A stretch of 59,866 bases of DNA from an uncultured candidatus Brocadiaceae bacterium (GCA_964572825.1 CAZNGS010000020.1:1-59866); one strand, 5' to 3'. Shown: positions 44,459 to 54,741, counted from the first letter of the stretch. Made by a program: numbers and translations. Notes: a model not told the origin generated them from the letters alone.

Positions 44459-45138
44459 GCACACCCATGCAGATAAAGATCGCTCCATCCATCCTCGATT
44501 GTGATCTGACCAGGCTGCGCGAGTCCATCGCCGAGGTGGAGGAAGCCGGCGTGGACCTGCTGCACGTGGACGTGGCGGACGGCCATTTCGTGCCCAACAT
44601 CATGTCCGGCGCCCGCCTGACGGCGGCGGTGGCGCGGTGCGCGACCGTGCCCGTGGACGTGCACCTGATGATCAGCGACCCCGTCAAGTATGCACCGCGC
44701 TTCATCGAGGCCGGGGCGGAGATCGTGCTGTTCCACGCCGAGGCCGTAGCCGACGTCTCTGCCGTGGCCCGCATCATCCGCGACCTGGGCGCGCGGGTCG
44801 GTGTCGCGCTGAAGCCGGATACCCCGGCGGAAGCCGTGGAATCAGCGGTGGGCGAGCTGGACTGCCTGATGGCCATGACGGTCCGGCCCGGCTTCAGCGG
44901 GCAGAGCTTTATGGAAGAAGGCTGCCGAAAGGTCCCCGCGTTGCGCGATATGTTCGGATCCGATATAGATATCTACGTCGATGGCGGGATAAGCGCCGAT
45001 ACGGCCGGCATCACCGTAAGCTACGGGGCCAACGTCATGGCGGCGGCCTCGGCCATCTTCGACACGGATGTTCCCCCGGGCGAGGCGGTGGTGCGGCTCA
45101 GAGAGGCGGCGCGACGGGCGCTGGAAGACACCGCGTAA
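44455..45138 (+). CDS. rpe: Ribulose-phosphate 3-epimerase.
   Basis: APSILDCDLTRL, HVDVADGHFVPNI, DVHLMI, RPGFSGQSF, VDGGI and AASAIF align with the E. coli Rpe motifs. Confidence 0.85.
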   Translation: MSTPMQIKIAPSILDCDLTRLRESIAEVEEAGVDLLHVDVADGHFVPNIMSGARLTAAVARCATVPVDVHLMISDPVKYAPRFIEAGAEIVLFHAEAVADVSAVARIIRDLGARVGVALKPDTPAEAVESAVGELDCLMAMTVRPGFSGQSFMEEGCRKVPALRDMFGSDIDIYVDGGISADTAGITVSYGANVMAAASAIFDTDVPPGEAVVRLREAARRALEDTA

Positions 45139-45207
45139 GTTCCCGCCCATTCCTGCAGCCAGCAGAGAAGGTTTTACATGCTCCGTCCCGGCCGACAGAG
45201 GAAAGAG

Positions 45208-45990
45208 ATGCCCGACGGCCTGTTCGTCAGGTGCGACGGCTGCGGGGAGATGGTCTATCGCAAGAGCGTGCGCGAGCGGCTCCACGTCTGTCCCGAATGC
45301 GGTTACCACTTCCGCATCGGCGCCTGGGAGCGGGTCCGCCTCCACACCGACGAGGGAAGCTTCCGGGAGTTCGCCGCCGACATCATTCCCTGCGACCCTC
45401 TCAACTTCGTCGCCGCCAAGGCCTACGCTGACCAGCTCAAGTCCGACACCGAGAGGACGGGCCTGCGCGAGGCGATCATCTGCGGCACCTGCCGCATCGA
45501 GGACCGGCCCGCCGTTTTCACCGCCATGGACTTCCGGTTCCGGGGTGCCAGCATGGGCAGCGTGGTGGGGGAGAAGCTGACCCGGGCCGTCGAACTGGCC
45601 ATGGAGCGGGAACTGCCCCTGGTCACCATCGCCGCATCGGGCGGCGCGCGCATGCAGGAGAGCGCGCTGTCCCTGATGCAGATGGCCAAGACCTGCGCGG
45701 CCCTGCAGCGGCTGGACCGGGCCGACGGCACCCACATCAGCGTCTTGACCGATCCCACAACCGGCGGCGTCACGGCAAGCTGGGCCTCCATGGGCGACGT
45801 CATTGTAGCCGAGCCGGGCGCGCTGATTGGGTTTGCCGGTCGGCGCGTCATCGAGCAGACCATCAACCAGGAGCTGCCTCCCGACTTCCAGACCGCCGAG
45901 TTCCTTATGGAGCACGGCTTCCTCGACGTGATCGTCGCACGCAGGGACATGAAGGCCACCCTCGCCAAACTGCTCAGTTACCTGGCGTGA
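45208..45990 (+). CDS. accD: Acetyl-CoA carboxylase carboxyltransferase beta subunit.
   Basis: The N-terminal zinc ribbon is CDGCGE...CPECGYH. The CoA-carboxylase motifs are FRFRGASMGSVVGEK and IAASGGARMQES. The start was placed at MPDGLFVRC (45208), which has a GAGGAAAGAG RBS. Confidence 0.85.
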   Translation: MPDGLFVRCDGCGEMVYRKSVRERLHVCPECGYHFRIGAWERVRLHTDEGSFREFAADIIPCDPLNFVAAKAYADQLKSDTERTGLREAIICGTCRIEDRPAVFTAMDFRFRGASMGSVVGEKLTRAVELAMERELPLVTIAASGGARMQESALSLMQMAKTCAALQRLDRADGTHISVLTDPTTGGVTASWASMGDVIVAEPGALIGFAGRRVIEQTINQELPPDFQTAEFLMEHGFLDVIVARRDMKATLAKLLSYLA

Positions 45991-46020
45991 GCGGTCCCGG
46001 CGCCACTGTGCGGGAGCGAG

Positions 46021-46824
46021 ATGATCGACCGATCGATCCGAGTGACAAAAGACGACATCGTCGCCGGCCTGCGTGACGTCGGGCTCCGGCTCGCCGACGT
46101 CGTCCTCGTGCACAGCTCCCTGAGCGCGTTCGGGCACGTGGTCGGCGGCGCCGAAACCGTCGTCGACGCCCTCCTCGAAACCGTCGGACCAGGGGGCACC
46201 GTCGCCGTGCCCACGCACACATGGGACCGCATCGGCCCCGACAGGCCCGTCTTCGACTTCCGCACCACCCCCTGTTGCGTGGGGACCATCCCTGAAACCT
46301 TCCGCCGCCGGGACGAGGTCCTTCGGGGCCTCCATCCCACCCATTCGTGCGCCGCCATCGGTCCACTCGCCTGGGAGCTGCTACGCGACCACCAGACCCA
46401 GATCACGCCCTGCGGCAGCAAGTCCCCCTACCAGCGCCTCATGGACGTCGGCGGCAAAATCGCGTTCCTCGGCGTCACACTCGAGGTCAACACCAGCTTC
46501 CATGCCCTCGAGGAGATGGCCTGCGTCCCCTACGTGCTGGATGAATTTCAGATGTTGTTCACGATCGATCGTGAGGGGAAAAAGGAACCCGTCCCCTCGC
46601 GGCGACACGGGGGCGGCGTTACCCGCCGCTTCGAGGAGATGGAACCCGTGCTGCTCAGGAGCGGAGCCCTGCGCCGGGGCACCATCGGCCGGGCCGCCGT
46701 CCGGCTCCTGCACGCCGGCAAGATGCGCGATCTGTTCATGCCCATGTTCGCCGAGGACCCCTTCTGCCTCCTCACGCCGGAGTCGGCCGAGCGGGAACGC
46801 TCCCGCCACAGGCGGCCACGCTGA
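46021..46824 (+). CDS. AAC(3)-family aminoglycoside N-acetyltransferase-like protein.
   Basis: VLVHSSLSAFGHVVGGAETVVDALLETVGPGGTVAVPTHTW and the later GVTLEVNTSFHALEEM match the Antibiotic_NAT/AAC(3) fold signature. Confidence 0.7.
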   Translation: MIDRSIRVTKDDIVAGLRDVGLRLADVVLVHSSLSAFGHVVGGAETVVDALLETVGPGGTVAVPTHTWDRIGPDRPVFDFRTTPCCVGTIPETFRRRDEVLRGLHPTHSCAAIGPLAWELLRDHQTQITPCGSKSPYQRLMDVGGKIAFLGVTLEVNTSFHALEEMACVPYVLDEFQMLFTIDREGKKEPVPSRRHGGGVTRRFEEMEPVLLRSGALRRGTIGRAAVRLLHAGKMRDLFMPMFAEDPFCLLTPESAERERSRHRRPR

Positions 46825-46844
46825 GTCCTCGGCTCCCCCACAGT

Positions 46845-48110
46845 TCACACCGGCCGGGACATCGGCGTCAGTTCGTCACCGTCCCACACCCGCGCGATCG
46901 GTCGGATTACCTCCAGTCGTTCGCGCCGGTCGGCGTCCCGCAGTGCGGCCTGCGACAGGACCATATACTCCAGGTCCAGCGTACTGCGTATGCGGGCGAA
47001 CTTCAGCTCCTCCAGCGGTATAGGTCCCAGCGAGCGGATTGCGAACCGCAGCATGGCGGCGTCCGACCCCAGGCAGATGGGCATGTTCACCCGGGCCAGG
47101 AACGTGCTGGTCCGGGCGTTCTCGTAGGTGGCCTGCCAGTCGATGGCGTCCCGCAGCCGCTCGTGAATGAAGTCTGCCAGTCCCATCCCGATGGCATTTC
47201 CGTGCGAGGCGGCCGTCAACGAGCGCACCGCGATCCGCCCGATCTCCGGCCGTTTCGGCTCGGGCTCGCCCTCGATCCTCAGCCGACCCACGATGTTCGG
47301 ATCCAGGCCCACCCCGCTGATGTCCTTCCCCATCTCGTCCACCACCAGCAGGTCCATCTCGTCCAGCGGCAGGCCGGGCATGCGCTTCCTGGCGACGGCC
47401 AACAGGTCCGGCTCGCGCTCCGGTATCCGGTCGGCGGGGATCGCCTCCAGCACGCAGGTGCGGTCATACTCGTTTTTGACGATCCCCACGCCCAGGATCA
47501 GGTTGGAGTGCCGGATGATCTGCCGGGCGGCGGCGGGCATGTAGTCCCGCAGCCCACGCACGCCGTGACTGTGGATCGCCAGCGCCTGCGCATGCTTGCC
47601 CAGCCCGATCACCAGCATCTTCATCAGGCCGCTCTCGTAGGGCCCGTGGAAGTCGGTGTGGACCTTCACCCGGTTGATCGCGATCGTGGCGTCGGCCTCC
47701 GCCGCGTTGCGGTCGAAGTAGACCGGCACGGGGCAGTCCTCCTGCGGCAGGTGCACCACCTCCATCGAAGAGCGTATCGGAGCCCCCACGGCGTCCGCCG
47801 TCAGGCCGTATTCTTCCAGCACGGCACGCTGCCCCTCGGCCGTAGCGGCGCCGTGGCTTCCCATGGCCGGCACCAGGAAGGGCTCAGCCCCCTGCGCGTG
47901 GACCCACTGGACCACCCCGCCGACCACCGTCCGCAGGTCGTGAATCCCGCGGCTTCCCACCGCGACAGCCACCCGCGCACCGCCCGGCACGTCCACCCCG
48001 CAGTCGGCGAGTTCGCCCCGAAGGTGGTCTTCCAGGTCCTCGATGCGGCTGTCGTCGAACTTCTGCCGCACCAGGCAAAGCGGCGGCAGTTCGGGCCGGG
48101 ACTCTGCCAT
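46845..48110 (-). CDS. Second LarA-like (DUF2088) protein.
   Basis: The start was placed at MAESRPELPP (48110) with an AGGAGAGGAG RBS. The domain runs VAVAVGSRGIH...PAMGSHGAAT...KVHTDFHGPYESGLMKMLVIGLGKH, LarA-like. Confidence 0.65.
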   Translation of the reverse strand: MAESRPELPPLCLVRQKFDDSRIEDLEDHLRGELADCGVDVPGGARVAVAVGSRGIHDLRTVVGGVVQWVHAQGAEPFLVPAMGSHGAATAEGQRAVLEEYGLTADAVGAPIRSSMEVVHLPQEDCPVPVYFDRNAAEADATIAINRVKVHTDFHGPYESGLMKMLVIGLGKHAQALAIHSHGVRGLRDYMPAAARQIIRHSNLILGVGIVKNEYDRTCVLEAIPADRIPEREPDLLAVARKRMPGLPLDEMDLLVVDEMGKDISGVGLDPNIVGRLRIEGEPEPKRPEIGRIAVRSLTAASHGNAIGMGLADFIHERLRDAIDWQATYENARTSTFLARVNMPICLGSDAAMLRFAIRSLGPIPLEELKFARIRSTLDLEYMVLSQAALRDADRRERLEVIRPIARVWDGDELTPMSRPV

Positions 48111-48299
48111 GCGCCCGCTCCTCTCCTTCTGATCTTCGCTCCAAAGCCTCGTCCGCACCCCATTCTCGCAGGCTCCGCCGGCCGGTGCAACGCGCTCACT
48201 GCACCACGGAGCCCGTCCGGTCGGGTCTGATGGAAGAGCAAGCCCTTCGCGCTCGGTTCGTTCCATCGCCGGACCGATGTCAGGGCTCTATGGGGTCCC

Positions 48300-49082
48300 T
48301 CACCGGTGGCCCCGGGAGACGGACACGGACGGACACGGACGTGCGGCGTTCCTGCCGCGCAGGAAGTCGCGGTACTCCGCATAGCCGGTCATCTCCATCT
48401 CGTCCAGGCACAGCCTCTGCCCCGGTTGCTGCAAGTGCACCACCAGCCGTGCCTCGCTCCACCGCAGGTAGGCGTGAGATACTCCGCCCGCCAGCAGCAG
48501 CGCGGAGGCCAGTATGGGGACGAGGCTGCGGACGAACGTGCGCCGGAAGTGCGCGCCCGCCTGCCTGCGCATCCGCACGAACTGGCCGATCAGGTACGCG
48601 CACAAGAACACCAGAATCAGGCCCGCCAGTCCCCCCCGGAAAGGGTTGAAGAACTCCCGGTCCGGCACCTCGATGCCGGCGTCGTTGGCCCGCTGCCGAA
48701 TGGCGCGATAGGAAAGGCAGAACAACCCGATGAGAACTGCGCCGCAGAGCCGATGCCACCTCGTCCGCGTAAAGCCCCGGAGCGGCGGGCGCCAGGAGGC
48801 CGAACAGCAGGCCATAACGTTTCTGCACCTCTTCGCGGGATGGTCCGCCGCCCGACTGCCACAGTTGGACCCATTTCTCATCCAGCATGCGCAACTTGCG
48901 GCGGGCACGAGCATCAGGCGGACGGCCCACTTCACGATCGCACGTAGTCTCATGCGCCTCCGGTTGGCCCGCCAGATGCCCTCGGCCACCTTTTCGGAGT
49001 CGCCGAACTCCTTCAGCGCTTCCTCGACGCTTTCCCCTTCGCCGAGCCCCCGCCGGCGGGCCGGCCGCCTCGGGGTGGTCAC
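48300..49082 (-). CDS. Membrane protein with an N-terminal 'permease prefix'-like helix. An apparent compensating frameshift pair affects the middle of the gene.
   Basis: The N-terminus MTTPRRPARRRGLGEGESVEEALKEFGDSEKVAEGIW and the C-terminal TM region (AVLIGLFCL...GLAGLILVFLCAYLIGQF...LVPILASALLLAGGV) lie in one frame. The protein-like middle segment (KLRMLDEKWVQLWQSGGGPSREEVQKRYGLLFGLLAPAAPG) lies in another. One junction sits at a C7 homopolymer (~48631-48637). Confidence 0.3.
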   Translation of the reverse strand: MTTPRRPARRRGLGEGESVEEALKEFGDSEKVAEGIWRANRRRMRLRAIVKWAVRLMLVPAASCACWMRNGSNCGSRAADHPAKRCRNVMACCSASWRPPLRGFTRTRWHRLCGAVLIGLFCLSYRAIRQRANDAGIEVPDREFFNPFRGGLAGLILVFLCAYLIGQFVRMRRQAGAHFRRTFVRSLVPILASALLLAGGVSHAYLRWSEARLVVHLQQPGQRLCLDEMEMTGYAEYRDFLRGRNAARPCPSVSVSRGHR

Positions 49083-49249
49083 CTGCGGACCGCGCGCCGT
49101 TTTGTGCGGTTGACAGCCGCTCGCAACGCCGTATCCTCTTGGTGGAGCGTGCTTGCAGACGCAAGGAGAGAATCGGACTGCCGTGGGGAGACATCGGCGT
49201 CCGCCGGGGCGGCAGGATGGACTGCGTTGCTCTGTCAGGGAGCAGGGGG

Positions 49250-52150
49250 ATGAATGCCTGTTTCGGCCGGGGAAGAAGGTTGGCGAGGTGGATGTGTGTG
49301 CTCCTGTCAGGCGGTCTGCTGGGTGCGGCGCCCGGTCCCGCGGATGCAGCCGGTAAACCTCCCTGGCGGCTGCTGGTGCAGCCGTCGGGACGGGCCAAAC
49401 TCTTGCACACCGGGCGGGAGGTGGCTGAGATCGAGCCGGGGCTGTTTGAGACGGGCTGGCGGGGCGGCAGTTTCTCGCCGGCCGGGGAAGCGGGCGAGGG
49501 CGGATTGCTGAAAGGCCACATCAACGCCCCAAGCGGGGCCGTCGTGGATACCGAGCTCCGGGTCCGGCCCGTCCGGGGTGGCGCGCGGCTGGCCTACCGG
49601 CTCACTCCCCGCTCGGCGTTGGAGCTCAATTCGCTCTACGTCGCGATGGACTTCCCCATCGACCTGGCGGCGGGGCAGCCCTTCTCCGTGGAGGACGAAA
49701 CCTTCAGCGTGCCGGCCGACTTCCAGCAGACGGGACTCTTCAGCGGCGAGGCCCGAAGCCTTGCGCTGCACCTTCGCGGCGGTCGCACGTTGCAGTTGGC
49801 CGTCGATCCGCCCCGGCGGGTGCTGGTGCAGGACAACCGCCGATGGGGGCCGACAATGTCAGTGCGCATCGGTCCGGCATGGACCGGGGGCACGCGGTGG
49901 CCCGCGGACAGGGCCCTGGATATCGCGTTCATACTGACCGCCCCGGAGGGTGTAGAAGTGGAATTCGACCATCCCGTGACGATGGAAGCCAACGAGGACT
50001 GGATACCGCTGGACCTGGAGATGGACATCCGGCCGGGGTCGGCCCTGGATTTCTCCGAGATGGGCCAGCTCGACCCACCGGCAGGTCGCCACGGCCGCAT
50101 CATCGCCCGTCCGGACGGTGCGTTCGCCTTTCGGGAACGCCCCGATGAGCCCCGGCGCTTCTACGGTGTCAATCTCTGCTTCAGTGCCCACTACCTGCAG
50201 CACGGCGAGGCCGACCGCCTGGCCGAGCGCCTCATGCGGCTCGGCTACAACACGGTCCGTTTCCATCACTACGAGCGCGAACTGGTGGACCGCTCCGGGG
50301 GCAGCTCCACCGAGCTGAAGGAGCGTGAGCTCGACCAGCTCGATTACCTCTTCGCTGCCCTGAAAAAACGGGGCCTCTACGTGACGACGGACCTGTTTAT
50401 CTCCCGCCCCGTCTTCGCACGTGAAGTCTGGCCCGGCGCGGAGGGGACGATGGAGATGAACGATTACAAGATGGCCGTTCTGGTCAACGAGCGGGCGCGT
50501 GGGGAGCTGCAGACGTTTGCGCGAGAACTGCTCACCCACCGCAACCCCTACACCGGGATGACCTACGGGGAGGATCCGGCCCTGGCGTGGATCAGCCTTA
50601 TCAACGAGGGGAACGCGGCCAGCTTCATCGGCAGGATCGACGGGCGGCTGGCGGAGGACTGGCGGAGTGCGTGGAACCGGTACCTGGCCGAGAGGTACGG
50701 AAGCCGCGAGAACTTGCGACAGGCATGGCACGACGACCCCGGCGGCGACCCGCGGGCGGACAACGTCCCCCTTTACCGCAACCCCGCCGAGGACTCCCCG
50801 CGTGGACGCGACATGGCCATGTTCCTGGCCGGCACGGAGCTTCGCTTTTTCCAACACATGAAACGCTTCCTGCGCGTGGAGCTCGGCTGCGGGGCACTGC
50901 TGACCAACATGAACGGCTGGAGCTGTCCGCTCTCCATGCAGGCGGCGCGGACGCAGTTCGACTACGTGGACGAGCACTTCTACGTGGACCACCCGCGGTT
51001 CATCGAGCGGCGGTGGCGTCTGCCCGCCCGCTGCGGCAACACGAATCCGGTGGCGACCGGCGCCGTCGGGGGGCTGAGCGACTCTTTCAGCAATCCCCTG
51101 GACCGGCCCTTCACCGTCAGCGAATACAACTACTCGTTCCCCGGCAAATACCGTGCGGCGGGCGGACTGCTGACCGGTGCAGTGGCCGCGCTCCAGGGGT
51201 GGGACACGGTCTGGCGCTTCACCTACAGCCACAGCCGGGAGGCCGTGACGGGGCCCGTCCGGGCGGCGTATTTCAACCTCTCTTCCGACGCTGTGAATCA
51301 GGCCTCCGATCGCGCCGCCCTCTGTCTGTACCTGCGCGGCGACATGCGGCCCGCGCCGCACACCGTGGCCGTCGCCGCCACGCGGGAGGAGCTGCTGGAG
51401 TCACTCCAGACCAATCCCGACATCGTCCCGCCCTGGTCGCAGCTTGCGCTGGTAACCGGACTCGGCACATTTGTGGCGGACAGGCCCGGCCGCGTCCCGG
51501 CGGCGCTGATTCTGCCCTTCGGCAGCGCCGAGGGGTGGCGGGGCGGGGAGGGGCTGCCGCTGCCGCCGTACGAAGACGAGACGGGACCAAAACTGCTGGA
51601 GGTCATGCGCGGCCGGGGCTGGCTGGCCGGAAATCGCACCGATCTGGAGGCCGGACGATTCGAAAGCGAGACCGGTGAGCTGCTCATTGACGGCGAGGCG
51701 GGCCTGATGGCAGTCCGCACGCCCCGCACGGCGGGCGGCTATGCCGCGCCGGGGCGAATCATCCAGGCCGGACCCGTGCGCGCCCGGGTGCGGGGCACGC
51801 ACGCCGCCGTCTGGGTCTCCAGCCTGGACGGTGAGCCCATCCCCCGGAGCGAGCGCCTGCTGCTGACGCACCTCACCGACCTGCAGAACACGGGATCGCG
51901 GTTCGGCGAGAAGGCCCGCGACACGCTGCTGGACTGGGGCGACCTGCCGCACCTGGTCCGGGCCGGCTCCGCCACGGTGACGCTGGAGTTGCACGGTGCC
52001 CGGAACGTTCAGGTATGGGCCCTCTCCACGGGAGGCCGCCGGGTGGCGCGCGTGGAAGTGGAGTTCGAGGGCGACACGCTCACCGTGCCCGTTGCCACCG
52101 CCGGCCCGGAGGGCGCCCGCATGCTCTACGAGGTGGAAGTGGCGCGCTGA
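49250..52150 (+). CDS. Large secreted TIM-barrel glycoside-hydrolase-like protein (GH5/cellulase-like core), about 966 aa.
   Basis: Signal peptide MNACFGRGRRLARWMCVLLSGGLLGAAPGPADAAG. The core RFYGVNLCFSAHY...GYNTVRFHHYE...DYLFAALKKRGLYVTTDLF...WISLINEGN resembles a GH5-type (beta/alpha)8 barrel with the conserved NEG motif. The long C-terminal region is uncharacterised. Confidence 0.55.
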   Translation: MNACFGRGRRLARWMCVLLSGGLLGAAPGPADAAGKPPWRLLVQPSGRAKLLHTGREVAEIEPGLFETGWRGGSFSPAGEAGEGGLLKGHINAPSGAVVDTELRVRPVRGGARLAYRLTPRSALELNSLYVAMDFPIDLAAGQPFSVEDETFSVPADFQQTGLFSGEARSLALHLRGGRTLQLAVDPPRRVLVQDNRRWGPTMSVRIGPAWTGGTRWPADRALDIAFILTAPEGVEVEFDHPVTMEANEDWIPLDLEMDIRPGSALDFSEMGQLDPPAGRHGRIIARPDGAFAFRERPDEPRRFYGVNLCFSAHYLQHGEADRLAERLMRLGYNTVRFHHYERELVDRSGGSSTELKERELDQLDYLFAALKKRGLYVTTDLFISRPVFAREVWPGAEGTMEMNDYKMAVLVNERARGELQTFARELLTHRNPYTGMTYGEDPALAWISLINEGNAASFIGRIDGRLAEDWRSAWNRYLAERYGSRENLRQAWHDDPGGDPRADNVPLYRNPAEDSPRGRDMAMFLAGTELRFFQHMKRFLRVELGCGALLTNMNGWSCPLSMQAARTQFDYVDEHFYVDHPRFIERRWRLPARCGNTNPVATGAVGGLSDSFSNPLDRPFTVSEYNYSFPGKYRAAGGLLTGAVAALQGWDTVWRFTYSHSREAVTGPVRAAYFNLSSDAVNQASDRAALCLYLRGDMRPAPHTVAVAATREELLESLQTNPDIVPPWSQLALVTGLGTFVADRPGRVPAALILPFGSAEGWRGGEGLPLPPYEDETGPKLLEVMRGRGWLAGNRTDLEAGRFESETGELLIDGEAGLMAVRTPRTAGGYAAPGRIIQAGPVRARVRGTHAAVWVSSLDGEPIPRSERLLLTHLTDLQNTGSRFGEKARDTLLDWGDLPHLVRAGSATVTLELHGARNVQVWALSTGGRRVARVEVEFEGDTLTVPVATAGPEGARMLYEVEVAR

Positions 52151-52177
52151 CCGAACTCTGAAAGAGGGGGAGGTCGC

Positions 52178-53378
52178 ATGAAATGGGAGGACCGGGCGGA
52201 ACTGGCCTTCCGCATCGCGGGCGTCTACCTTCTGACCCTGGGCCTTGTACGAGGGGAATCTCTTGTGTCCCGCCTGGAGGCGCTCTTGACCCCGGGCGGG
52301 CCTCATGATGTGCTGGCCTGGAGTGGCGTAGCTGTATTTGTGGCCGTTCCGGTGCTCGGATTCCTATTAATGACGTGGGGCAAAGCACCGGCGCGGTGGT
52401 TAATCACCCGACATCCCCGTCCGGTGACACGGTTTCAAGAGGACCTATCTATGGGATTCGTGCTGTTGGGGTGCCTGCTGGTCGGGGTGGCCGTTGCCTC
52501 GGCCCGTGGGTTTTCCGAAAGCCGCTCCCTGCTGTCGGAGTTGCCTACGTGCTGATCTGCGCTCTCCCCGGCGTCCTGCTTGTCGCCCTGAACAGGCGGT
52601 TGGCACTGCACGTGGCGAAGTGGTTGAGGGAGACGACGGCCCCCGGGACGTCGCGTTTCGCACCGGTGCTCGCCATCGAGGTTCTGCTGCTGGGGGTATA
52701 CTATGGGGTTCACTTCACCGTACGTGTAGTGGGCGGCGTCCGGCAGTTGATCTCGGTGCGGTCCCAAAGCCTGACGCCGGAGGTGCAGGAGCAGGTGTGG
52801 CTGGTGGCCCACGCGGCTCTTTCCTTTCTGCGGGCTGCGGTGGCTATTCTCATCGCTCTCTGCGCCGGGAAACTGGCCGTCCTGATGACGGGCAAGCCGG
52901 AGCGCGTTCGCGGGGGCGCCTGCTTCTGGAGGTCGGCATCACCCTGGTTGCGGTGCGCTGGATGCTGCGCCTTCCCGCGCGATGGGCGATCGGGGTGGCC
53001 GGCGGCGGCCTTTTCGTCCGTTGGTTGGTCGGTGTCCTCGTCGCCGCCGTCCTGCTGGTCCTGGCCGGTGACCTGGCAAGATGGCTCCTACCAGGGAATG
53101 GAGGTCCTGATGCCCCCGATCGGGCACGGCGCAGAAGGGTGCTGCAACCGTGGCTGGTGTTCCTGGGCTTCCTGGTTCTGTTTGGCAGCCCTCACGTGTT
53201 GCCACTGGCGATGTCGGTTTCAAGACGCCTCCAGGGTCTCGAAGTAGCTACGTGGCCCCTGATTGCCCGTTTCGTGCCGTGGGTGGGCGGCCTCACGCTG
53301 ATCCTGGCCGCCGGACCGCTTTCGAGGCTGTTGTCGTTTGGGCCGCTGTTAGGTCGGCGGAAAGAACCGAACGGTTGA
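52178..53378 (+). CDS. Polytopic membrane protein whose reading switches frame twice. The second switch is at a G5 run, consistent with indel errors.
   Basis: Three successive hydrophobic ORF segments lie in frames A (52178-~52530), B (~52530-~52920) and C (~52920-53378). Each is TM-rich (LAFRIAGVYLLTLGL..., VAYVLICALPGVLLVAL..., LLEVGITLVAVRWML...LVGVLVAAVLLVLAG...). The B to C junction sits at the GCGGGGGCGCC run. Confidence 0.35.
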
Positions 53379-53424
53379 GTGGACGGCGGACGCGACGGAG
53401 CGCGTCCCTCCAACGGCAACGGCC

Positions 53425-54741
53425 TCAGCCCGAGGTCACGCCGTAGAGGTTCCGGGCGGTGCGGATGAACAGGCGGCCGCCGCTGACGGAGATGGTGGCC
53501 TGGCAGGGGCCTTCGCCGGTCTCCAGCCGGGAGAGCTCCCGGAATTCATCCCCCGCCGCGAGCACGAAGACCGTGCCCCGTTTGTCGATCAGGTATATCT
53601 TCCCGTCGGCGCCGGTGGGCGAGGCGCGGAACGGTCCCCTGCCCTCCAGCTTGTGGTGCCAGATGACGCGGCCGGTCTTAGGCTCCGCGCAGGCCATCTC
53701 GCGCTTGCCGTCGTGCAGAAAGTAGATGCGCCCCCGGTAGAGCAGCGGCGTGGTGACGTCCGGGGTGAACTCCCCGTGCTGCCAGGCCAGCCAATCGTTT
53801 GACAGTTCGCCTTTGCCTCCCGTCTTCAGGGCGAAGAGGGGCCGGTGCCGGGGCCGAACCACGAAGATCAGCCCGTGCCCCACCACGGGGGAGGTCACGA
53901 TGCGCTGCCATATCTTGCGGTCCGGCGGGGTGAACCACCACCGCCACAGCTCGGCGCCGGTGGCGGCGTCATGGCCCGTCACGCACTCCCCGGCCGCCAG
54001 GATGATCTCTTTGCGCCCCGCCTCCTCGCAGGGCATGGGGGTGATGTAGGCCTCCAGCGACTCGTCCTCGGCGTCGGTGGGCCGCGCCTGTCGCCACAGC
54101 GTCTTGCCGGTCTCCGGGTCGAGCGCCAGCAGGAAGGATTCCAGCGGACCCTCGCGCGCGTCCTCGCGCTTGTAGCGGCCGGGTGTCTCGTTCTGGAGCA
54201 CCGGTATGTAGAGCCGTCCCTCGTAGAGCAGCGGGCTGGAGCTGTAGCCGAATTTGATCACGAAATTGCCGTAGTCCTCCTCCAGGTCCCGGCGCCAGAG
54301 CTGGTTACCCTCCAGATCGAAGGTCACCAGCACTCCCGTGCCGAAAAAGAAGTGCACCCTTTGCCCGTCCGTGACCGCCGGGGGCGTGGATGCGTTGTTA
54401 CCGCCCATCATTTTGCGGTTTTTGCCGCAGACTTTCTGCCACCGCACCTCGCCGGCCGAGGCATCCACGCAGAACGCCAGCAGCTCGTCCGTCTCGCTGT
54501 CCAGGGAGGTCACAAAGACGCGGTTCTCCCATATGACGGGCGTGGAGTACGCCGGGCCCGGCATGGGGGTGTTCCAGACGTTGCGGCCGTCCATGTTCCA
54601 TGATTCGGGCAGGCCGGACTGGCCGGTGGACCCGTTGAGGCGCGGCCCGCGCCACTGCGGCCAGTTCTCCCCGAACGCTGCTCCGCCCGCCAGGACGAAA
54701 CAGACGCAGGTTGCGACGGTCAACAACCTTCCCATCTTCAC
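53425..54741 (-). CDS. Secreted PQQ-like beta-propeller repeat protein (BamB-like fold).
   Basis: Signal peptide MKMGRLLTVATCVCFVLAGGAAFG. Repeated W..G....STP..........G.L.A.D..TG..W motifs (NWPQWRGPRLNGST..., GEVRWQ, GNQLWRR, GKTLWRQ, GAELWRW, GRVIWHH). Confidence 0.75.
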   Translation of the reverse strand: MKMGRLLTVATCVCFVLAGGAAFGENWPQWRGPRLNGSTGQSGLPESWNMDGRNVWNTPMPGPAYSTPVIWENRVFVTSLDSETDELLAFCVDASAGEVRWQKVCGKNRKMMGGNNASTPPAVTDGQRVHFFFGTGVLVTFDLEGNQLWRRDLEEDYGNFVIKFGYSSSPLLYEGRLYIPVLQNETPGRYKREDAREGPLESFLLALDPETGKTLWRQARPTDAEDESLEAYITPMPCEEAGRKEIILAAGECVTGHDAATGAELWRWWFTPPDRKIWQRIVTSPVVGHGLIFVVRPRHRPLFALKTGGKGELSNDWLAWQHGEFTPDVTTPLLYRGRIYFLHDGKREMACAEPKTGRVIWHHKLEGRGPFRASPTGADGKIYLIDKRGTVFVLAAGDEFRELSRLETGEGPCQATISVSGGRLFIRTARNLYGVTSG

